Of a stretch of 64,000 nucleotides of DNA, positions 1 to 14,044 are shown in pieces. The notes under the pieces are model-generated. The model made no database searches. It worked only from the letters and a program-made list of their open reading frames with translations, and was not told where the DNA came from. This DNA comes from Camelus dromedarius (lineage: Eukaryota): positions 111,106,001-111,170,000 of the forward strand of contig NC_087436.1 of assembly GCF_036321535.1 (NCBI RefSeq), written 5' to 3'. How positions within the stretch are numbered: position 1 is the stretch's first letter; every line of letters begins with the position of its first letter. A program made the translations under genes and the position numbers.

Positions 1-180
1 ACTCTCTCTGTACATTAGTTCATTTAATCTTTGCAGCAACTCCTTTAGACACTATTAGTAGACTTACTTTACAGAGGAGATTATGGCTTACAAAGTAGTT
101 TCCACAATGTTACACAGCCTGTAATCAGCAGATGTGGAATTTAATACCAGGTATATCTGAATACATGATGTACTTCCAGC
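1..180. mobile_element. MIR SINE fragment (degenerate)
   Basis: MIR-like core: catttaatctt..caactcc..tttacagaggaga..ggcttaca..atttaatacccagg-like; boundaries approximate. Confidence 0.5.
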
Positions 181-249
181 CATTCTTCTTTATTGCTTTC
201 CAGTATACTATTTATTTTGGGATAAAAATATGTTAGGTTTTTGTAGGAT

Positions 250-650
250 GGTGGTTCTCCAAGTGTGACACATGGAAACCTTAGGTCCCTAAGACTTATT
301 CAAGGAATCTGCAAGGTAACATTTTTTAAAAATAATTCTGAGATGCTCTTCGCTACTTTTGCTGTGTTGACATTTGCACTGATGGTGCAAAAGCAATGTT
401 GGTTAAAATTATGAGCCAGTGGCAATAAACTATACCCAGTAGTCCTTGTATTCTTCAGCACCTCACACATTGTGGTAAAAAAGGGCCATTACACTTAAGA
501 ATGCCCTTGATGAAGGCATAATTTTTTTTTAATTTATGAAGTTTTAACCCTTGGTTTAGACATTAAAAAAAATTCTGTACAGTTAAATGTGAAGTACTCA
601 AAATGTTTCTGTTGCATACCAAATTACATTGCTTGTCTTGAGAATAAAAG
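250..650. mobile_element. hAT-Charlie (Charlie1-like) DNA transposon fragment
   Basis: tgtgttgacatttgcactgatggtgcaaaagcaatg and ttgtattctt match Charlie-family transposase remnants as I recall them. Confidence 0.6.
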
Positions 651-699
651 ACTTTGTTAAAGGTCTTAGCTCATAATGTTGATAGGGCATTTATTAATA

Positions 700-2600
700 T
701 CTATGTGCCAAATAACATAGTAATCACCTTCACAAAGCAAAAACTAGAGAGAATTCATAGTAAAGGACAGACACTCAGGAGTATTAGCATGTCACTTTCA
801 GTCCAAGATTGGTGAAGCGGATCTAAAATAAATGAGGATATAGAAGACCTAAAATAATAGTAAGGAATAGTTTATGGATAGAAATTGAGCTCTGCTTAAA
901 TAATGTAAACTGTACTTTTTTCTCAAGTGTACATGGAACATTCAAAAAAATTTACTAAGTAATGAAATCCTGAGTAAATTCATAAAGTAGAATAATACAA
1001 AAAAGTTTTTTTATCATAATGCAATAAAGATAGAAATGAATAACAGCAACAAAAAGATTGTCTCATCTACTTGCAATGTAAACATTCTTTTAAACAACTT
1101 TAGGGTGAGAGGGAAGAAAAAAATTGTAGAATCTCTTTAAACAAATACTAATAATGAAAAAACTACATATAAGAATCTAGGAGATATAATTAAAACAGTG
1201 ATTAGAAAAAGATATGGCCTTTAATATTTTTCTCAGTAAAAATTTGAAAGTGCAAATGAGCTAAATTCCCATCCAGAAAAGCTAGAAATCACAAAGTAAA
1301 TCAGAATAATAAACAGGGAAGGAAAAAGTCAAGATAAAAGCAAAATTTAATAAGGTAGAAGATAAAAATATTAGGACTAAAAAATAAATAGAAAAAAATA
1401 CTTGTCCTTTGGAAAAGGCTGCAAAATAGATAAAGCACTATTTAGCCAATAGGCCAGGCAGCTGGGGAGAGGGTAGTACAGAGGGAGAAAGCGGAGATAT
1501 ATACAAGACACGAGAAGAGGGAAATAACCATTTAAACGGAGAATTTAAAAAGTCATAGATTCTATTGTGTACAGTTTAGGTGAAGTGGATAATTAATAGG
1601 AAAATCTAGTTTACCAGAATTGTCTCCAAAGAGATAGAATACTAAATAGGACTATTCTTTTCTTTTCTTTTCTTTTTTTTAAGAAATAGAAAAAAAAAGG
1701 GTTAAGAAATCTCAAAAAAAGCACCAAGTGTGGGAGGTTTTGAAAGTTATATTTTACCTAATTTTATAAGATCAGCTAATCTCTATTTCATAAAACTTTG
1801 CAGAACACAAAAAAGTGAGTTCCAAATTATTTTTTAAATGACTATGATGTCGATCTAGATAAAAATCTCATAAAGTTAGTTCATATTCGTACACACACAC
1901 AATTGCAGAATAATCTCACTTATATCAATACAAAAATATATCAAACAAAATTCTACACTGTAGTAATAAAATAATTCATCATGATCAAGTAAGATTTGAC
2001 CCAGTAACATATGAGTGGTTTCATTTTAGGAAATCTATTAATATAATGCATCTGTTAATCTAAGGAGAAACAAAACTTGAAGTTCATCTCTATTGATGCT
2101 CAAAAGATCTTTGACAAAATTCAGCACGTTCCTTCCTGCTAAAAAATATTCAGTAAAAAACGAATTGATGTATATATCTTTAACCTCATAAAACACATGT
2201 ACTCCAGTTTTTAAAATACAAATTAAAATGTAGAAACTACTGACTGCAGTCCTACTAAAAGTGGAACAAGACAGAATTGTCCTGTCCCACTATTTAACAT
2301 CTTTTCAGAGGTTTGGGCTTGTGCAATTAGATAAGAGAAAACTGTTTTAGATTCATAAGAATCGGAAAAGAAATATAACGTTCTCTTTGCACATGGTATT
2401 GTAAGACCAAGAGCATTGACAGTAAAACTAAAACAGTAAAAGAACTCAGTACAGTGTCGAGATATAAAGTGAACAGTCAGTGACTTTCATGTACACTTAA
2501 TCAGATGGTATAATTTCATTTACAGTAGTTTTTTTAAAAAGGCAAATACTTTGGAATAAACATACAAGCAGTTTTGGTGTTCCGTATATTAATATATAAA
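700..2600 (+). mobile_element. Old, degraded LINE-1 ORF2 remnant (L1M-type)
   Basis: A-rich + strand with L1 ORF2 hallmarks: catggaacattc, catcatgatcaagtaagattt, tattgatgctcaaaagatctttgacaaaattcagcac, ggaacaagacagaattgtcc. Confidence 0.75.
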
Positions 2601-2759
2601 TTTTGTATGATCCCTTTAGAAAGTCTCCACCTTCTTGGAGCTATGTATGGAAATACAGCTATGCAAGACTAGATGTTTTTAAGAAACTAGTATGGGAGAG
2701 AGGTTGGCCACGTGGTAGAAACATACAGTGGATTACCGTGGAGCTGGAGAATAGAATAA

Positions 2760-3260
2760 AGCAACCTAAGTGTCCTTCAACAAACAAATGGATTTAAAAA
2801 ATATATGTGTACACAGTGGAATACTAGGCCATGAAAAAGAATGGAATTCGCAAAAACATGGATGGACTTGGAAGGTATTATACTTATGAAATGAGTCAAA
2901 GATAAAATACGTACGATATCACTTAAATGTAGAATCTAAAAAATGAAACAAACCAGTAAATACAACAAAAAGGAAACAGACTAACAGATACAGTGAACAA
3001 ATTAGTGGTTGTTAGTATGGAGGGGGAGAGAGGAGGGGCAAGATAGGGGTAGAGAGTTAAGAAGTGCAAACTGTTATGTATAAAATAAATAAGCTATAAG
3101 GATATATTGTACAACACAGGAAATATAGCCAGTATTTTGTAGTAACTGTAAATGGTATATAACCTTTAAAAAATGTGAATCAGTTATGTTGTATTCCTGA
3201 AACATATATGAGATATAATATTGTATATCAACTATACTTCAGTAAAAATAATTTTTTTAA
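2760..3260 (+). mobile_element. LINE-1 3' end (L1MA/L1_Art-like)
   Basis: gcaacctaagtgtcc..cacagtggaatacta..tatcacttaaatgtagaatctaaaaaa..tatcaactatacttcagtaaaaa. Confidence 0.8.
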
Positions 3261-3811
3261 AGAACATTTCTGTGAACTGATAAGAAAGATTAACTGGGTA
3301 TATATTTTTAAGTGAACAAAGAAAAAAGAAAAAAGAGTATATATAGTATGTTAACTTTTAAGAAAGAAGAGGAAAGAATATATGAATCTTTTTTATTTTT
3401 ACACAAAAACAAAAGGATTAATTAGAAACTAATGAAATTTGGTTACTTTGGAAGTGGTGGAAAATAAAGGAAAGTAAGTGAAACTTCTTTGAGTGTTGTA
3501 CAGTTTTGACTTTTGAGGCATGTTAATTTTCTACATTTAAAAAAAGTAATTAAATCAACAAGGATGGAGGAGGGAACCCTGTGACTGAGTCAAACAGACA
3601 AATTAAATGAGCCTGTTTATCATATTGATAATACAGAACATAGGAAAAGTTAATTCAAATAACTAATATAGTACTCTGTACTCTCAGGGGGATATATTTT
3701 AAGGATAAACATTTTTCAGTAATGATATTGGTATAGTAATTTTATGACTTTTTACTGTAAGAGAAGGGGATAAAAATATGGAATGGGGGAAGAAAAAGAA
3801 GAACCCTGTGG

Positions 3812-4562
3812 ACTGCTGGTGGGAATGCAGTTTGGTGCAGCCACTGTAGAAAACAGTATGGAGATAACTCAAAAGACTAGGAATAGACTTAACATAGGAC
3901 CCAGTAATCCCACTCCTGGGCATATATCCAGAAGGAACCCTACTTCAAAAAGACAGCTGCACCCCAATGTTCATAGCAGCACTGTTTACAATAGCCAAGA
4001 CATGGAAACAGCCTAAATGTCCATCAACAGATGACTGGATAAAGAAGAGGTGGTATATTTATACAATGGAATACTATTCAACCATAAAAACCAACAACAT
4101 AATGCCATTTGCAGCAACATGAATGTTCCTGGAGAATGTTAATTCTTAAATGAAGTAAGCCAGAAAGAGAAAGAAAAATACTATATGAGACCGCTCATAT
4201 GTGGAATCTAAAAAAACAAAAAAAACCCAAAAAACCATAAATACAAAACAGAAACAGACTCATAGACAGAATACAAACATGGTTTCCAAGGGGGCAGGGG
4301 GTGGGAAGGAACAGACTGGGATTTCAGAATGTAGAATAGATAAATAAGATTATACTGTATAGCACAGGGAAGTATGTACAAGATCTTGTGGTAGCTCACA
4401 GCAAAAAAAAAAAAAGTGAGAATGACTATATGTATATTCATGTATAGCTGAAAAATTGTGCTCTACACTGGAATTTGACACATTGTAAAATGATTATAAA
4501 TCAATAAAAATGTTTTAAAAAAATAAATAAATATAAACCTTAAAAACAAAAAAAAAACAACA
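3812..4562 (+). mobile_element. Young 5'-truncated LINE-1 3' end (camelid-like) with poly(A) tail and 19-bp TSD
   Basis: L1 ORF2 C-terminus/3'UTR, aatcaataaaaa then A-rich tail. Flanked by aaaaagaagaaccctgtgg (3793-3811) and aaaaagaagaaacctgtgg (4563-4581). Sits inside an older L1 3' region. Confidence 0.88.
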
Positions 4563-6299
4563 AAAAAGAAGAAACCTGTGGTAGTAGAGGTAGCAGTATG
4601 AACTCATGATTTAAATATATATTTAACGTTTATTAGCTTTGCCTATTTTAAGATTCTAGAAGCAGTGACACCACACTAGCAATGACCACACTTACCATCC
4701 AGTCCTTGATGCCTAGATAGCGGTCCCTACCACAAGAAGGGAAAATAGGATATTTGGAAATAGAATATTTGGAATACTGATTGATTCCAAGTTAGGAAAA
4801 GTAGAAGGTGGACATGGAATATTTTTTTATGCTAAAAAAGCAGAAGATACAGCAAAAAGATGCAAAGACCAACATGAAAGGGTTTCCACTGGCTAAATAT
4901 GGAATAATTTGTGCATTAAAATGAATAACGATGGCATAGCTAACATTGGATAACAAGAAACCTGAGTTCATAGTGATAATAACAAACAAAAAATAAATAA
5001 AAGGTGAGGATCACAGAAGAGAAGGCATTTCTTTTTCTTTAAGAATGCTACTGAAAAACAGAGAATGAAGGATAGAATTAACAAAATTACTGTTTTGTAG
5101 CCACTAATGTATTATCAATTGGTGCTAAAACTGTTGAGTAAACACACATTAAAGTATTAATCCACAGATCACTAATTACAAAGGAGAAAATGTAACTCTA
5201 CAATGGAAATACTTGTTGGATACCAGCTTAAAGCAAGTGATCCCAACAGCATCACTAATACTGGGACAAACTGGTATGATACACCAAGGAAGCATATCAC
5301 CTATGTACTATTCCTGTCAAATTATTAACCTGAACCTAAATCATAAGAGAGCTAATCTAAATCATGGGTATGCTACAAAATAAATGGCATGGAAGTTAAA
5401 AAATGAACAAACCAAAAAAAGTGGGGGAGGGGTGAAGGGAGCAGGAGGAAAGACTTAGAAAACATGACAATCAAATACAATATGTAATCCTAGATTGCAA
5501 CCTGAGATTGATGATGAAAAAGCTGTAAAGGAGATAATGGAGAAAGTTGGGGACAGTATTGTTTACATTGAAAGTTTTGAAAGGGACAGTGGCATTATCG
5601 TTATATATGATAATGTTTTTGTCCTTTATTCTCAGCTCAATTTTGTTTATTTTATTCTTTATGCTTTAACTACTGAAGGAGAGTTAAATCTTCATGATAT
5701 CTGCAACTTTCAAATGCTTCACCCATAAATAATGTGTGTGTGTAAGGGTGTATATGTCAATCAAATGACACAAAATGTCAAAAGTTATTGAAACTAGAGA
5801 GAGAAAATTTTGTGAAAGTACATTGTACTCTTTCAACTCTTCTATATATTGAAATTTTTAGAAATAAAATATTTTGGGAAAAATAAAAGGCATGGGAAAG
5901 AACTGTACACCATAAATAGAACTTTCCTTTCCTTCTTTATTTTATATTGTTATCTGCACTAATATGATATTTGTTATTCAGTGATATCAATGTATGTCAG
6001 AGTTCTTCATATTTTATAAAATGCTATTTCAGTGTCGTTGTTAATACATGTTAATTGTTGCTAATGCATATCAAACGTGGAGAGAAGAGAAATGGAGATG
6101 GAGAAAAAGAAGATAACAAAAACATCACCATCCTGGCCTTTATAATTTTTATTGAATTAATGACTTATATTTTCCACATTGACAATCTCTAATTGAAACA
6201 ACCCATTCCTAAATCGATCCTAAGAGCAACTATTTCTCTAAGTAAATAGTAGCATTATATGCTACCTATCAATGTGGGGGAATACTAAACAAAGAGTGA

Positions 6300-6790
6300 A
6301 TACAAGGAAGTTGGAATCCATTGGTCACTGGTGATTCACATCTCTCCTATATGCAACATGCACTCACTCCTGCCCAAGACCTCCAGAAGTCTTAGTACAG
6401 TATCATCTCAGAAGCCAACACTCTTGTTATCTAACTCAGTTCCAGGTACAAATGAATTTCCTTGGTATAGTTCCTTAAGTTCAACACTTCAAGTACAGTT
6501 TCTCTTGATCTGTAGACCTTTAAAAGTAAGAAGATAAATTACTTTCCCACATGAATCCAACATACTATGTTAGGACAAGCGTAGAATAACTGTCATAAAC
6601 ATTTCTGTTCAAAAATGGGGAAATAGGATGCACACAGGTGTCAGTGTTTCATAACAGTTCTGAAATCCTGCTGGGCAAATGTTGGAAGCTAATTGATTAA
6701 ATCTTAAGGCCTGGGAATAATTTTTTATGACTCTTCAATCTGCCCTCTGGGCTCTAGGGTTCCACTCTCTAAGTTATCCTTTCTTCTTAT
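6300..6790 (-). mobile_element. MaLR (MLT1) internal sequence, left part
   Basis: Resembles MLT-int (caacatactatg..aggacaag..ataactg..ttctgaaatcctgctgggcaaa); appears to continue at ~12900 after the L1 insertion. Confidence 0.5.
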
Positions 6791-9700
6791 TTTTCTTTTT
6801 TTAAAAATTGAGATATAATTCATATACTATATAAAATTCACTTTTTTAAAGTATTAAAATTCAATGGGTTTTAGTATATGTATTCACCAAGTTTTGCGAC
6901 CATCATCACTATCTGATTCCAGAACATTTTCTTCACCCTAGAATGTCATTACTAGATTAGCACTCACTCCTCATCATTCTCCTGCCCTTATCCAGGCTCT
7001 GGCAACTACTAATCTGCTTTTTGTTTCTATAGATTTACCTGTTTTAGACATTTCATATAAATGGAATCGTACTATGCAGCCTTTGTTTAGCATGTTTTTG
7101 AGGTTTGTTTTTCTTGTAACATGCATTGGTTCTTTGTTCCTTTTTATGGTTGAATAATACTCTATTGTATGGATATACCACATTTTATTTTATACATTCA
7201 CCAGTTAATGTTTATTTGGGTTGTTTCCACTTTTTGGCTATTATGAATAATGCTGCTGTGCACATTCATAAACATTTTGATTAGACATACGTTTTCAGTT
7301 TTCTTGGTTATATACCAGGAGGTGGAATTTGCTGGGTCATATGGTAATTCTGTGTTTAAATTTTTTAATGTGTTTTCAAAATGCATTTTCCAAAGTGGCT
7401 ACACCATTTTGTATTCTCACCAGCAGTGTATGAGGGTTTAAATTTCTCCATGTCTTCACTAGCACTTGTTATGTGCATTTTTTTTATTATACTCTCCTTC
7501 TGGTATGAAATAATATCTCATTGTGGTTTTGATTTTCATTTCCCTAATGACTAATGATATTTATCATCTTTTCATGTGCTTACTGGCCATTAGCAATATC
7601 TTCTTTGTAGAAACGTCTACTAAATCATTTGCTAATTTTTAATTGGTCATTTGTCTTTTTATTGTTGAGTTGTAGGAGTTCTTTGTATACTGTGTACAGT
7701 AGACCCCTATCAGACATGTGATTTATAAATATTTACTTTTTTTCTGTGGACTGTCTTCACTTCTTGATAGTATCCTTTTGAAGCACGGAAGTTTTAAATT
7801 TTGATCAAGTCCGTTATATCTGTTTTTCCTTTTGTTTCTTGTGATTTAGTGTCAAATCCAAGAAATCATTGCCTTAATCTAAGGTCATAAAGATTTACAA
7901 TTATCATTTCTTTTAGAAATTTATAGTTTTAGCTTCTATATTCATAGGATCCATTTTGAGTTAATTATTTTATATGGTATGAGGTAGAGGTCCAGCTCCA
8001 TTATTTTGCATGTAAATATCCAGTTGTCCCAGCACAGTTTGTTGAAAAGACAATTCATTTCCCCATTGAATTTTCTTGGTACTCTCATCAAAAATAGATT
8101 GACTATAGGTGTAAGGATCTGTCTTGGGGTTCAGTTCTACTGTAATGATTTGTATATCTGTCCTTATGTCATTAACACCTAGATTAATTATACTTTATAG
8201 TAAGTTTTTGTTAACAATCAGGAATTGCTACTCCTCCAATTTAGTTTTTCTGTTTTCAGGATTATTATGGCTATTCTAGATTCCTTACATTTCCATATGC
8301 ATTTTAGAATCAGCTTGCCAATTTCTACAAAAATGCCAGCTAGGATTTTGATAGGGATTGTGTTGAATCTGTTGATCAATTTGGGGATTATTATCATGTT
8401 AACAATATTAAATCTTCCAGTTCATGAATGCTGGATGTATTTCTATTTATTTATGAATAATTGTTATCTTTATGTTTTGTTAAACTTACTCCTAGAAGTA
8501 TTTTATTCTTTGTGATGCTGTTGTGAATGGAATTATTTTCTTAATTATTTCATTTTGGAATTGTTCAGTGCCATTGTATAGAAATAAAACTGATTTTTGT
8601 ATATTGATATGGCATCCTGTAACCTTTCTGAACTTACTAGTTCTAAAATATTTTGTATGTGGATTCCTTAGACATTTCTTTACGCAGCATTATGTCATCT
8701 ATAAGGAGAGTTTCGCTTCTACTTTTTCAATCCAAATGGCTTTCATTTGTTTTTCTTGCCCAATTGTGCTGGCTAGAACCTCTAATACATGTTGAATAGA
8801 AGTGGTGAGAGCATATATCCTTGTCTTGTTCTGATCTTAGGGGTAAAACTTTCAATCTTTTGCTATTACGTGTGATGTTATCTGTGGAATTTGTACAGAT
8901 ACCATTTCTTAGACTGAGGTAGTTTCCTTCTATTCCTGGCTTGTTCAGCGTTTTTATCATGAAAAGGTGTTGGATTTTGTCAAGTGCTTTTCTCCATCTA
9001 TGGAGATTATTATGTGGCTTTGTCCTTTATTAATATGTTATGTTATATTGCCTCATTGGTTTTTATGTGTTGAAGTAACCTTGCATTCTTGGGATAAATC
9101 CCACTTGGTCTTGATATATGATCTTTTTTATGTGTTGCTGGATTCTACTTGATAGAGTTGACCCTTGAACAGTGCAGGAGATAGCGGCTAACCCTTTGTG
9201 CAGTTGAAAATCCGTGTATAACTTATAGTCAGCCCTCTGTATATGTGGTTCCACATCCACAGATTCAACCAACTGGGAATTGTGTAGTACTGTAATATTT
9301 ACTAATGGACAAAAATCCACATATAAGTGAACCTGCACAGCTCAAAGCCATGTTGTTCAAGGGTCAACTGGACTTTTGTCTATTCATAATAGATGGTTCC
9401 ATTTGGTTTTGTAGGGTGTTTTTTTTTTTTCCCTCCAGTTGATTTCTTTGGTTTTGATATCAGGCTAATATTGCCCTCATAGAATGAGCAGGGAAATGTC
9501 CCTTCCTCATTTCTCTTTTTGGAGTTTGTGAAGGATTGGTTTTATTTCTTCTTAGTTGTCTAATAGAATTCACCAGTAAATCTGTCTCTGGGCTTTTCTT
9601 TGTGGTAGGATTTTTGGTTACTAATTATAGTCTGCTTGTAGGTCTTCAGATTTCCTATTACTTCTTGAGTAAGTTTGATAGTTTGTGTCTTTCTAGGAAT

Positions 9701-12700
9701 TTGGCCATTTCATCTAGGATATCTAATTTGTTGATATATGGCTTTTTTTTTTGGTAGTATTTTTATTTATTATATTTTGTGCTTCTTTAAGGTTAATGGT
9801 GATGTCTTTTCCATTTCTGATTTTACAAACTTAAATCTTTGGGTTTTTTTCTTGGTCAAAGTTTTTTATTTTTTCAAAGAACCAACTTTTGGTTTAATCA
9901 ACCTTCTCTGTTGTCTTTCTGGTAACTATCTTTTTTTCCTTGTCTAACACTTATCATTTATTTTATTCTTTATGCTTGCTTTGGATTTAGTTTTCAGTTC
10001 ATTTTCTCTTAAGGTGGAAGGTTAGGTTATTGGGTTATTGAGTTTGAACTTTTTTTAATATATATGTTTACCACTATAAATTGCTCTCTAAGCACTGCTT
10101 TAGCTGCATCACATACCTTTTGGTATGTTGTTTTCCTTTTCATTCAGTCTTTAGTATATTCTAATATTATTTGTAACCTTGCCTTTTATTCATTATATGT
10201 TTGGGAGTATGTTTTTTTATTCTCACATTTGTGATTTTCTTAAATTTTATTTTGTTACTGATCTCTTGTTTCATTTCTTTGAATACTTCTATGTTTTTAA
10301 TCTTTTTAAATTGATTGAAACTTGTTCTGTGGCTTAATATGTGGTCTCTTTTGGAGAGTTTCCATATATACTTGACAAAAGTATATTTTCTGCTGTTTTG
10401 ATGTGGAGTGCGATTATATATATGTCTGTTAGATCTAGTTGATTTATAGTGTTGTCGAAGGCTTCTACTTTCTTATCTAATGTCTAGCTTTTCTTTTCAT
10501 TATTGGAAATGGTTTATTGAAGTCTCCAGCTATTATTGAATATTCTGTTTCTCCCTTTATTTTTCTTAGTGTTTTCTTCATGTATTTTGGGGCTTTTGTT
10601 AGGTGTATGTATATATATTTATATTTTTAATTATTGTGTCTTCTTAGTAGATTGAACCTTTATCATTATAAGATGACCTTCTCTGTTTCTAGTGATGAAC
10701 TCTGTCTTAGAACAGATTTTGTCTGGTTTTAGTATAGCCGCGTAAGCATTTTGTTGGTTACTATTTGTATAATGTCTTTTTTCATTCTTTTTCTTTCAAC
10801 TTACTTGTATCTTTGAATTTAAAGTGTCTCTTTTTACAACATATAGTTGGATTACTCTTTTTAATTTATTTTGCCATTCTCTGCCTTTCTATTTACATCT
10901 AATGTAATCACTTATAAGGTAGGATCTACATTTGGCATTTTACTATTCATTTTCAAGGTATTATTTCTTTTTGTTTTTTCTGTCTCTATTATTACCTTCT
11001 TTTGTGTTAGATAGATATTTTGTAGTTTATCATTTTAATTACTTTTTTTTTTACTGTATTTTTTCCAGTTACTTTCTTAGTGGTTGCCCTGGGGGTTGTA
11101 ATTAACATCTTAATAGGCAACAGTCTAGTTCAGATTAATAACTACTTAATTTCGGTGGTCTACAAAAACTTTGATCCCATGTGGCTCCATTCCATCTCTC
11201 TTCCTGTGTGCTGTTATTGTCCTCTATGTTATATTTTTATACATTGTTTGCACTGGGATGGATTTGTGATCATTGTTTTATGCAGCTACCTACTAAGGTG
11301 AGAGGAAAGAAGTTACAGACAAAAATTATAAACAAAAAATACATTTATACTGTATTTTAACTATTTAATTTACTGGTGCTTATTTGAGTTACTCTCTAGC
11401 TTCCTTTCATTAGGTCGGGCCTGATAACGACAGATTTTCAGTTTTTGTTGATCTCGGAATATCTAAATTTTCACCTCTTTTTTTTTAAGAGAGAAGGGCA
11501 AGCAAAGACCAACTCTAAATGTAGAATTCTTAATATATTTTCTAAATAAAGAATTGTTGGTTGTCAGTCTTTTTCTTTCAGTTTCTTGAATATGTCATCC
11601 CACTCTCTTCTGGCCTTTATGATTTCTGATGTGATGTTGATTGCAAATCTCATTGAGGATCCATTGTATGTAATTACTTGATTTTTTTCTTTTCTTACTG
11701 CTTTCAAGATTACTGTTTTTCTTTGTTTTCTGACCAAAGAAACCAAATGTATCTAGATGTCCCTCTCTTTGAATATATCCTACCAGAAGATTGTTGAGCT
11801 TCTTGGGTTTGTAGGTAAATGTTTTTCATCACATTTATGACACTGTCAAACCATCATTTTTCATATATTCTTTGTGCCTCATTCTCTTCTCTCCTTTTTG
11901 GACTACCATTTATGAATCTTCTTACATTCAGTGGTATCCCACAGGTCTCTGAGGTTCTGTTCATCTTTCTTTCTTTCTTTTCTTTTCTCTTCTTTTTTTT
12001 TTCCCCCTTTCCTTTCCTTCCTCCTTTCTGCCCTTCTTCTCCCCAGACTGGGTAATTTCAGTTGGCCTGTCTTCAAGTTCACTCATTCTTTTTTCTGCCA
12101 GTTCAAATCTGCTCTTTATCCATCTAGTGAATTTTGCATTTTAGTGTACTTCTCAACTCCAGAATATCTATTTGTTTCTTTTTTTTTAAAGTTCTATTTA
12201 TTTATATTTGGTGAGATATTCCACTGATGCATGCCTTTCTTCCTTTGTACATGGTTTCCTTTAGTTCTTTGAACATATTTAAAATGGTTCATTTAAAGTT
12301 TTTGTTTAGTAAGCCCAATACTTGGACTTCCTCAGAGACACTCTCTATTGACTTTTTTCTTGCTGTGTATGGTCCATAATTTCTAGTTTGTATTTATCAT
12401 AATGTTTTGTTTTTTAAAAAGTGGGTATTTAATATAATACAATGTAACAGCTGCGGAAATCAGACTATTCCCCACCTCAGGGTTTGTTGTCACTGCTTTG
12501 TGTTCTTGCTGTTATTTTTGTTCTTTGTTTAGTGACTTTTCTGAACTAATTCAGTGAAGTCAGTATTCTTTGTATTGTGTGGCCACTGACATTCTGCTAG
12601 TTAGCTTAGTGGCCAACTAATGATTGGACAGAGATTTCCTTAAATGTCTAGAACTGTAAGATTCTCAGTCTTTGTTTAGGGGCTGTGTGTGTATTGGGGT

Positions 12701-12830
12701 AGGCTACTTCAGAACTGGGGAGGGAAGATGGGAATAGAGCAATTTAAAATGCCATATAGTTTGTTCTTTTCACTAAAATTTAGCCAATATTTTTAAAGAC
12801 ACTTCCTGGAAAGCTTTTGGTTAATACCAT
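6790..12830 (-). mobile_element. Near full-length degraded LINE-1 (L1MB-like), ORF1 and ORF2 remnants
   Basis: Minus-strand ORF fragments translate to L1 peptides: ILKAVRKEKNQVITYNG..ARREWDDIFKKLKEK (ORF1p), RIQQHIKKIIYQDQVGFIPRMQGYFN and MIKTLNKPGIEGNYL (ORF2p RT region). T-rich 3' end at ~6790. Confidence 0.9.
9155..9370. mobile_element. MER8-like (Tigger-derived) MITE nested in the L1
   Basis: Terminal inverted repeats gagttgacccttgaac ... gttcaagggtcaactg, preceded by TA; interrupts L1 ORF2. Confidence 0.85.
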
Positions 12831-12899
12831 AGTTCTTTTACTTAATGGAGTGACATCCCCAAACCAAAAAAAAAAAACCCTAAAATTAAAGTAAAAAAT

Positions 12900-14044
12900 T
12901 CACATTTTACCTATATCGTTATTAACAGAGTTAAATTTGAAGAAAATCCATCGGATTTCTGAAGCATATTTTCCTGACTGTCCTCCTGAGTTGGTCTTTG
13001 CTCAGTCTTTCTTAATTTTAAAACATCAGTTCCTATCTGTACAGACTGAAAGTTTTCAAAACAATCAAGACCTGGTTTCTTTTTGTTGAATAGTCCTTCT
13101 GTTAGTATATTTCTCTCTTCTCCCATTTTACTATAATTAGGAAGAAGAAACTCAACACTTCACTTAGAAATTTCCCTAGATAGAGCACCCAATTCATTAG
13201 GCTAATTTTTGTTTTCCAGGTCACTACGGACAACAGTGTTATAAAACTTCCTGACACTACATAAGTATTTTTTTCCTCCACTTTCCAATAACATTTACCT
13301 CATTTTCCTACAAATCCTCACCCTGCATCCTTATCAAAGACCAAAAGGCTTCTATTAATCTGCTCCTTCAGAGGACTTCAGGCTTACATTAACACTCTCC
13401 TCAAAGCTTACTGCCTGGTTGTAAAGCCACACCTACATACTAGGTTTTTATTCCAGTAGCATCTCACTAATGTGTACCAAAGTCTGTATTATTTATTAAT
13501 TACTACTTGACAAATTACCCCCTAAATTAAGCAATTTAAAACAACAAACACTTATTATTTATTATCTAACATTTTCTCTGAACCAGGAATCTGAGAGTGA
13601 CTCAGCCGGATGTTTCTGGCTCAGTTGTCTGAAGTCAAGCAGTCAGCTAGGGTTGCAGTCATTTGGGATTTGGTTGATCTAGAGCATCTTCTCCCAGGTT
13701 TACTCATTTGACTATTTGCGAGAGACCTCAGTTCCTCGCCTTGTGAGCCTCCTCATAGTGACAACTCACAGTATGGCTTCCTCCAGAGTGAGTGATGAGA
13801 GAAAAAGAGGCAGGACAGAGTGGTAGAGGGAGTGAGATGACAGCGAGCACCAATGTTCAAAGTATCCAGGGTAGAAACCACATTTTTTTATAACCTAATC
13901 TTGGAAGTGACATACACTTCTGCAGTATTCTATTATTAATCACACAAACGACCCCTGATACACGTGGAAGGGACTACACAACAGTATGAAACCAGGAGGT
14001 GGGAGTGGGAATCGCTGAGGACCATCTTGAAACTGGCTACCACA
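12900..14044 (-). mobile_element. MaLR MLT1 internal (12900-13484) plus LTR (13485-14044)
   Basis: Internal/LTR junction gtaccaaagtc|tgtatta; LTR body (aaattacccc, aaacaacaaacacttatt); terminus ggctaccaca. Confidence 0.7.

Noticed and set aside
7198..12227. Cluster of short ORFs on both strands
   Set aside because: Fragments or antisense shadows of a degraded L1
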